Source: Anolis carolinensis (lineage: Eukaryota). Taken from it: DNA of 64,000 nucleotides. Below the pieces are notes generated by a model, which was not told where the DNA came from, did not search any database, and saw only the letters and a list, made by a program, of their open reading frames with translations. Positions 53,601 to 62,600 of this stretch are shown piece by piece. Numbering within the stretch: position 1 is the first letter of the stretch; each line of letters opens with the position of its first letter. The DNA lies in the NCBI RefSeq assembly GCF_035594765.1, contig NC_085841.1, forward strand, positions 100,797,574-100,861,573. The letters run 5' to 3'. The translations under genes and the position numbers were made by a program.

Positions 53601-56600
53601 CTCTCATGGCTTGTTCTTGGCCTTGCAGCTCTTCTGATGTCTGTGGTGGAGTATCCATTGGCCTGTAGAGCCCAGTTTAGGTGGTTGAGTTCACCTTGGA
53701 GGAGGTGAGGTTCGCAGATTCTTTGTGCACGGTCTGTCAGGGCTTTGATTGTGCTCCTTTTTTGACTTGGGTGATGGTTGGAGTTTTTATGAAGGTATCT
53801 ATCTGTGTGTGTAGGTTTTCTGTAAACTGTGTGGCCCAATTGTTGATTGGGTTTGCGGATGACCAGAACATCTAGAAATGGCAGTTTTCCTTCCTTTTCT
53901 TTTTCCATGGTGAATTGGATGTTTGGGTGGATGCTGTTAAGATGGTCCAGGAACTTGCTGAGTTCTTCCTCTCCATGGCTCCAAATCGTGAAGGTGTCAT
54001 CTACGTATCTGAACCAAACAGTTGGCTTTTTTGGTGCTGTTTCTAGGGCCTGTTTTTCAAAGTATTCCATATAGAAATTTGCTACTACTGGGCTGAGAGG
54101 GCTCCCCATGGCCACTCCATCCTTCTGTTCATAGAATCCAGTGTCCCACTGAAAGTAGCTAGTGGTGAGGCAATGGTGAAACAGGGCTGTGATGTCTTCT
54201 GGGAAGTTTTGTTTGATTAGTGTGAGGGTGTCAGCTACTGGGACTTTGGTAAAAAGGGCATGCAACAAAATTTAGGGGAAAAATTGGTTCCTGGTTTAAA
54301 AGTGTTATCCCTATTTAATTGTGTGGTACTTACTTTGAAAGGATTTGTTATACTGCAGAAAATTTGTTTTTGTGGCTGCCACAAACTATGTTGAATTGGT
54401 TGAGACTCTATGACAATGGTTCTCAACCTGTGGGTCCCCAGATGTTTTGGCTTACAACTCCCAGAAATCCCAACCAGTTTATAAGGATTTTGGTGAGTTG
54501 AAGGCCAAAACATCTGGGGACCCATAGGCTGAGAACCATTGCTTTATGAGATANNNNNNNNNNNNNNNNNNNNNNNNNNNNNNNNNNNNNNNNNNNNNNN
54601 NNNNNNNNNNNNNNNNNNNNNNNNNNNNNNNNNNNNNNNNNNNNNNNNNNNNNNNNNNNNNNNNNNNNNNNNNNNNNNNNNNNNNNNNNNNNNNNNNNNN
54701 NNNNNNNNNNNNNNNNNNNNNNNNNNNNNNNNNNNNNTCTTGCCCGCCTCTCCTCATGATGGGTTTTAGTATTGTTAAAACACATATTCACCTGAAACAG
54801 TCTTTAAAATACACATATTGAAACATATTTCTACAAATTACATATTAAAATACACAAAACAGAGATTAAATATAAGATGTAAGTTTAAAATTAATCATTA
54901 AAACTATTGCAAAATGTGCTGCTGGATGTCTCACAAAAACAACAATTTTGCAGTTTAATAAACCTTCTCCATGTTTTTATGATAGAGCCAATTAAGAAAT
55001 GATATTTATAACCCAGGAACAAAAATCATGTTACCCATAGTGTAATTTACACAAAGATTCGGACAAAAAGAGATGTAAGAAAACAGTGTAAAATCTCAAG
55101 TCAGCGTACCTGCTGGAACTCCTTGTTTTGGAAGTTGCTTGTTTTGAATTATATATTGAGCAAAACTCTCCTCATTCAGATTATTTACAAGGGCCTTCTA
55201 AAGTTTTGACATTATAGTAATCCTGTATTACTGTTGGGTTCCTAATCTCTAAAGGTTAGAAAACCCCATCTTCAATTTGGGGAAAAGGGGCTGCAAATTG
55301 GCACCCCATGCAACGGTGTTCTGATATGCTTTGCATGCACGTATGGACTCCTTTCGTTCTTCAGCTCTCTTTGTCCTCAGTGAAAGACGTTTCTAATTCA
55401 ATGTAAAATTAGAATGCTACAGACTTGCTTAATCTGTAAAATCATGCTGCAATTCAAAGTATAATTTCTAAAGATCAAGCCCTATTGGGATTGCTGGACC
55501 ATTAAGGTACAAGGGCAAAGCATTTCCACTGTCTATATTCCAAATTATAGAGCCCCCAATAGCGTAGTGGGTTAAACTGCTGAGCTGCTGAACTTGCTGA
55601 ATGAAAGGTCGGTGGTTTGAATCTGGGGAGTGGAGTGAGCTCCTGCTGTTAGCCCCAGCTTCTGCCAACCTAGCAGTTCAAACACATGCAAATGTGAGTA
55701 GATCAATAGGTCCTGCTCCGGGGGGAAGGTAACGGCACTCCATTCAGTCATGCCGGCCACATGACCTTGGAGGTGTCCACGGACAACACCGGCTCTTCAG
55801 CTTAGAAATTGAGATACACCATCCCCCAGAGTTGGACAAAACTAGACCTGATGTCAGGGGAAAACCTTTACCTTTACTATATTCCAAAAATATGGGTTGG
55901 GGAAGGGAATTTTGTAGTGCTTGTGTTTTATATTCTTGCCTAGCAGTTAAGAAAGGGCAGCTTAGAATTGGATAAGGAGCAGCCAGATGAACTTCCCCAA
56001 AGAAAACAGCCTTGAATTTTCACACCATACTTTGTCAGCTTGATTAAACAGAGCATGTCACAAATAGAGCCAAGCCCATTCCCTTTGAAATAAGACTGAG
56101 AATTCCCATAAAGACCTTGATGTGGTCTTGTACTTTAATACACTGTGTATACTAAGCAGATGTTCTGTGACAAATTATCTCACCTTATAGTCTGCTGGCG
56201 TATAATGCACATAGGAGTGTGAGTCAAGCCCACCAAAGGCACCAATGCCCCCCTTGGCTGCATTTACCCAACAGGAGTCTTCAGCTGTGGAAGCCAAATG
56301 GCCAGCATTCAAGGCAAGGCCTGAAGTGTTGATTGTTAGTGTTCTTTCTATGGATCTGAAGTAGTTGAGGATTCCCAAGCAAATTCTCTGGTACAAATTG
56401 GACAGCAATAACATGTATAAATTAAAACAACCATAACAACCACCACAAGTAGGAAGGCAATATAACCTTGAATCGTAAGTTTTCAAGATTTCCTTCCTTT
56501 TTTTTTACCTGCAGTTCCCGAATCCTCAAGTGCTGCAAATAAAGGAGAGATAAATAGGCTCCTTTTCTTGAGACAAGGTCCTTGGCACTGGCCTCCACGT

Positions 56601-59600
56601 CCTCATCTAGCCCCAGCAGCCGCAAAGTGGTTGTATAACTATATATTGTTTTTTCCAAGAAGGAGAAATTTAATTAATCACTGCTCCTCAAACAGATTTT
56701 AAGACACATCTAAATTAAATAATCTCTTTATATTTGTTTTCTAGATGTGAACTCCCTACTGAGGTTACTTACACAGAAAACTCTGCACCAGCATCAAATT
56801 TACAAAGGAAGAGGAAATATATTGATTCAGTCACATTTTAGGTGGTAAGCGGTAAATAAGGAACATCTATGTTGTTGATCTAGTTGGTAAGATGATGCAT
56901 TAGGACACTGGGAGACCAAAAGAAAGTAAGAGAAACTTCTTCTGCTCAAATCTTGCCAAGAAAACCTCACAACAACAACAATATTCAATCACATATAAAT
57001 ACAATGCACTCATTTAAGGCACTAAATCTCTACACACAGGCCTGTAGCGAGGGGGCGGTTTTAGGGGTTCAACCCCCCCCCCCCCCAAAATTTTCAGATT
57101 ATTAAAAAAAAACCTGGTTTGCTCATGAATTTTAACTGGTTAACCAAATTCCCATGCTAAGTCTATGAGACACAAAACATTAAGAGTTCCTCCAGGCACT
57201 ATTTCAAGCAGATATTGACAGGTTTGTAGCGGGGAGAGGTGTGTGCTAGGGGTTCAACCCCCCCCCCCCCCCCGAAATTTTCAAAACCCCTCCTGAAATT
57301 TTTTTCTGGCTACGGCCCTGTCTACACATCCCAGTTATGGTTAAGATATTTCAATTCAGAGAAAGTACCTTTATCTTTTCACAGCATGTAACACTCCCTC
57401 ATTTCCCGCCCTGTTCTTTCCTGTCTCTATCCATAACTATTTCCCCTAAATTCCTGAAGCAGGTGAGACATACAGCTCACTTCCCGGTAGGCATTAGGAT
57501 ATGAGAAAGAATGATTCATATACTAGCCCAGTGGTTCTCAACCTGTGGGTCCCCAGGGGTTTTGGTCTTCAACTCCCAGAAATCCTAACAGCTGGTAAAC
57601 TGTCTGGGATTTCTGGAAGTTGTAGGCCAAAACACATGGGGACCAACAGGCTGAGAACCACTATACTAGACAAAGTGAAAGAAATAGGAGCTCTTTCTGG
57701 TGATGGAAAGTTACTGTCTGTTATAGCACATGGTTTTCCTAATAATGCATCTTGTATTTTAGCATGCTTTGTTTTGTGGTTGGTCACTTGGCTTTCTTGT
57801 ATGTAAACACAGTCAGAATCAACAAGTGTGACTTCTGGAGCACTCTGAGGAAATCCCAGTGTGGGAGGGGAGCCAGACAGCTATTAAAGTATTATTTTAA
57901 TATCTAATTTTAACCTTAGAAAAGTAAAAGTGAATGCATTCTCATTACATAAGCTTTTATAGCATGGGTGTTCGCAGACCAAGGAGTTTATCACACAAAG
58001 TAGGTAAACCGCAATTACAGCAGTGTCTTTGCCTGGACCTCATTACATGAAGCCGTTCCTTTTCTGTGATTCTCTTAGTGGAAGCCAATATGGAAAGTCT
58101 TTCTTTTACAAACACAGATAATCTGATGTTAACCTGCTTTTGTTAAAGGAAAACATTCCAGCAGTCTCCCACTGAAAGAACAACAGAAGAGGAACGATGT
58201 CATAAGTCCCACTGTTATCCTGTTGAAATTGTGATTTACTTGCCTCATGTGATAAAGCCCCAAGATAAACTCTCATCAGATGGGGACTATCACATTGAGT
58301 GACATTCCTAGGTATGTTCTTCATTACCCTAAAGATATGTATCTATATCAACAAGCAAAATATGCCACTGAGGAACCCTGAGTTTCTGCTGTTCTTATTA
58401 GATAAGTAGCATGCTGTACTCATACATTTTGCCGTATATATTTTTCTGTCTACACATGCTACACATACACTTTTAAGCATAAAAGACAAGCACAATGAAA
58501 AAAGAACCAACAATATTAGTTTCACCTTGTGTCTTTCTTCTTTCCTGAAAATCTAGAGCCCTTCTTCAGACAGCTATTTTCCATCCCTTGATCATTAGTT
58601 GCAGTGGCAGGATTTTCATCATCGCCATTTGCTTGTAGTTCCTACCCATATTTAAGGATTAAGTATTATGGCCCAACATTTCCTTAACACAAGCTTTTCA
58701 TGTTTCAGTGATATATAAATGTAAAACTATCTGAGCTGGGGAACAGTTTTGTGAATTTTTCATGGATTTAACTCAAAGTATTAACATTTTCATACACTGA
58801 GATAACCTTTTAAAAGGACTAAGAATCTCTTACTCTGTCAAAACAATCAAAGAACCAAAAAAAGGAAAGCAGAAGGAAATCTCTTAGAAAACAGGTCAGT
58901 TGGGTATAAGTTTTACATGCATTATCAATAACATCATGAATTACAGTATATGCAAAGGGAATATTTAACATTGTGATCTCAAAGAGTGACTTTTCAAGAT
59001 TGATGGCCTGGCCCCAAACCTGATACTCAATAGTCATTGAGTAAAAAAACTTACAGATAGTAATCTGCATTGTTTCACAACTCTTGGTTGTTAAAAGATA
59101 TGCATTCAGGATCAGCCAATGCTTTTTATCACTTCAGACAACTGTGGAACAAACTGCAGTAACTTCAAGATAATAGAGGACAGTGGTTTCATACAGTTCA
59201 CTAAACATCTCAATGACAATATCAGAACTTTACCCTGCATTGCAGTTCCCATTTCCATTTCAGAAAATTCATTCTCAAAGTAGCATGTAGAAATCCTACA
59301 GGGACCCACACAAATTTCAAATGAAACTCCCCTTGCTGTTACCTGGTGGAATTCCGGATTGTGATAAACATTTTCCCAGATTTGATCATATTGATGTGAA
59401 TTAAAAGTCATAAAAGCTGATGTACTTTGCTTCGGTTGTAGTACTGCTGCCGCTTGCTCTTGGAGAGTCTCCATGACCCACTCCAAATTGGAAACCTAAT
59501 TGGTTACAACAATGTATCATGGTTCACCAAAAAAAGAGTTCATATCAGAGACTACATTGTTTCATATGTAATCTGGCAAGTTTACCCTCTCATGACATCA

Positions 59601-62600
59601 GGAAGCATGGTGAAATAGCCCTAGATAGAAAACTGAAAACACTGTATTTTATTTAGGATCTCATTTTCCCAAAGCTTATTCTATTTTGGTAAGGCCCAAG
59701 CCTCTACATTTTGTGCATTTCCCAGGTGAAGGCACCATTTTTCCCTATTTTTTCTGTTAAACTTTTTGGGTCAGCAATCTTCTAGCAGACAATACTGACA
59801 TTTGTAGTGGGTGCAACCACAACCACAAGTAAGAAGAGTCTCTTTCTTTCTTACACACACACACGTTTCCCTTCTCTTCCTAACCAGTAGGCTGCCCATG
59901 GAGTGAGATTATCATTAGAGGTTTGAAGAGAACACTTCCAGAAAGCCTTTGAAATTAGGAGAAGGGTCACAGATTGTCTAGCACTGCCTTCTACTTTGGA
60001 GGACAACACCCAAAAAGAAATGGGATAATAAAATGGGGAAACAGCTTCCAGAAAGTAACTCCAGTATGGGAATGTCTATAAACAGATTACTGAAGGTAAA
60101 ACATTAACACAAGTAATAGAGAAGTGTTTGCTTTTTATACCAAAGACAATAGACTGGAGACAGACATCCATAGTCTGTTCACCACAATGAATGACCACAA
60201 TGAATGGGACTTAGGCTTAATTTTAGCTCTCTATTGGTTTTCAAGGAACCAAGTCTCAGTAATTTGAGTTGGGTTTAATTTAGTAGTGTTTTTATTTATT
60301 TATTTATTTTAAAAGCTTTAAAGCCAATGAAAGCTTTAATAGAGAATTTCAATATTGCTAAAACATGATATGAGAGACATAGAAAATTTGAAAAGGATGT
60401 CTCACCAAGTCACCAGAGTTCTCAGAGGCACAATGGGTTAAAACCTTTGTGCCGACAGAACTTGCTGACCAACAGGTCGGTGGTTCAAATCCGGGGAGAG
60501 CTAGTGAGCTCCCCCTGTCAGCTCCAGCTCACAATGTGGGGACATGAGAGAAGACTCCCACAAGAATGGTAAAACATCAAATATCTGGGCATCCCCTGGG
60601 CAATGTCCTTGCAGATGGCCAATTCTCTCACAACAGAAGCAACTTAAAGTTTCTCAAGTCACTCCTGACATGAAAAAAACCCAAGTCCTGAGTGAAGAGA
60701 TTTTTCAGAGTACTGTAAGTGGCTGTACGATTCTTTTTCAGTCAATTATATTAGAGTTGGTCTGCACAAGTCCAAAACCTCAGGCTCACCCTGAATAGAT
60801 TGCTGTCTGTCTTCATGACACATATCAACTTCTGGTAAGTACAGCAGTGTTTTTTTTTAAAACCAACTTGACTGAAAACCTTGGCATATCCCAAAGCATG
60901 GGGTCAGTCTAAACCAGGCATGGACAAACTTCGGCCGTCCAGGTGTTTTGGACTTCAACTTCCTAACAGCCAGTAGGTTGTTGTGGGAGTTCAAGTCCAA
61001 AACACCTGGAGGGTCGAAAGTTTCCCATTCCTGGTCTAAACAGCAGTATCAGGTCTAATTCAGACTGATCCACTGTCCATAGTTGACACTAGTGCCCTTA
61101 CCTTTTCCCTGCACACACCAGTGCAGGGGGAAAAGATGGATCATTCCTATGTTGCCACCAGAATGGGACATTCATGAAGGAAGAAGACGAGAAGCAAGCG
61201 GACTCTAGATTTGGTACATACCTGATAAATCCTGGTCTGGTCAAGATTTACACTGGACTACACTGGTCAGTAGAAATGCATCCTTAGATATGGTTGAACA
61301 TTGTAAACTGTTTTGGTCCTGTTTACCTTTAAAAGGTTTGACTGAATGAGCAGCATTTCATCCACCTTTTTCCATTGTTTCAATTTCATTAGTAGTTTTT
61401 GTTGCCATGGATCTTGTTTAGCTTTAATCTGCAAACACAAAGGACAGACATGTAAAAGAAAATGGCACATGCATATATGAACATTACTCAAGATAATGCA
61501 GTTGTACCGGATAACCCCATTGAATAAAAGTATTGCAATGGCTTCTTGTGCAGCTGCCTAACCCACAAAAGTCTGGATGTCAGCCTTGCACCAGCTCCTT
61601 GAATAACTAGTACAAAGGACCTTATGCATGTGGAACTGAAACACACAAGAATGCCATGGAAAGTACATTCCTGACCCCAATCCAGCAACGGTGGTCAGTG
61701 GCAACCAATAGTGGGGGAACTAGTGGCCCTCCTGGTGAAGACTACAACTCCAATCAGCCCCAGGCAACATAGACAATAGTGAAAAATGAAAAATAATGAG
61801 AACTGCAACCCAACAACATTTGAATGTCAACAAGATACCCATCCTTAGTGAAGATTATCAGTCTTCTGCTGGTAGATTGTTGTGTGTTCAAAAAGGAGTT
61901 ATGCGGGGAGATAGGACAGGAAACCTTGCAGCCTGTAGATTTCAAATGCAAGTGTACTTGAATACTTTGCAAAAAAAATGACTAGGTGGGCATTTTCCCA
62001 TCTTCCCACTATACAGCTGATTGGTATTGTCTTATTGTTTCTCTGTGCCTTCCAGTCTTCAGCTTAAGATGAAGAACTCAATCATTTGTCACTGAAATTT
62101 GGGAAGTGGGAAGTCTATTGACAGTTTCCTAAAGTGTGATCACAGAAATGCATCAACACACCAGACTCTGTTGTTTTTACCTTTTTAAAAGGAATCCAGT
62201 TGGCTCTCTTTTTCAATGCCATTTTAGGATTCATACCCCAGCTCTCCAGTCCTGGATTTGCAGCATCATAAACAGGAAAAGTTCTCATGGTCTGTTGCTC
62301 ACTGAAAATGCTTCTAAACTTTTGCAAGACCTAAGTGCCTCAAAAAAAAAGCTCATCAGATTACAGAAATCAGAACACACATGCCCACTGGACACTGGAA
62401 GTGTTAATCCATGTTTATATAAGAGTTTCTGAAACAGAATCTATTTATTTCATGTAGCATCATTACTGTGAAGGCAGAAAATGCTATTTACACTTATAAT
62501 TTCTACTTAGCAGACAATTGTTGATTTAAAACTAATATTAATTGTACTTGAAGCCTGAATCTAATTTAAATCAAGGGTGGGGGAGTAATTGTGCAACTCT

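Larger units (their letters stand above)
52745..54257 (-). mobile_element. Penelope-like retroelement, 5'-truncated, young
   Basis: 12-bp TSD GCATGCAACAAA (52733-52744, 54258-54269); uninterrupted RT plus GIY-YIG reading frame; 3' pseudo-LTR. Confidence 0.95.
54270..55045. mobile_element. Old non-autonomous DNA transposon split by nested insertions
   Basis: Left arm ...aattggttcctggttt and right arm ...aacccaggaacaaaaatcatgttac are inverted counterparts. Confidence 0.6.

Noticed and set aside
54423-54821. ORFs with long X runs
   Set aside because: Artefacts of the N gap.
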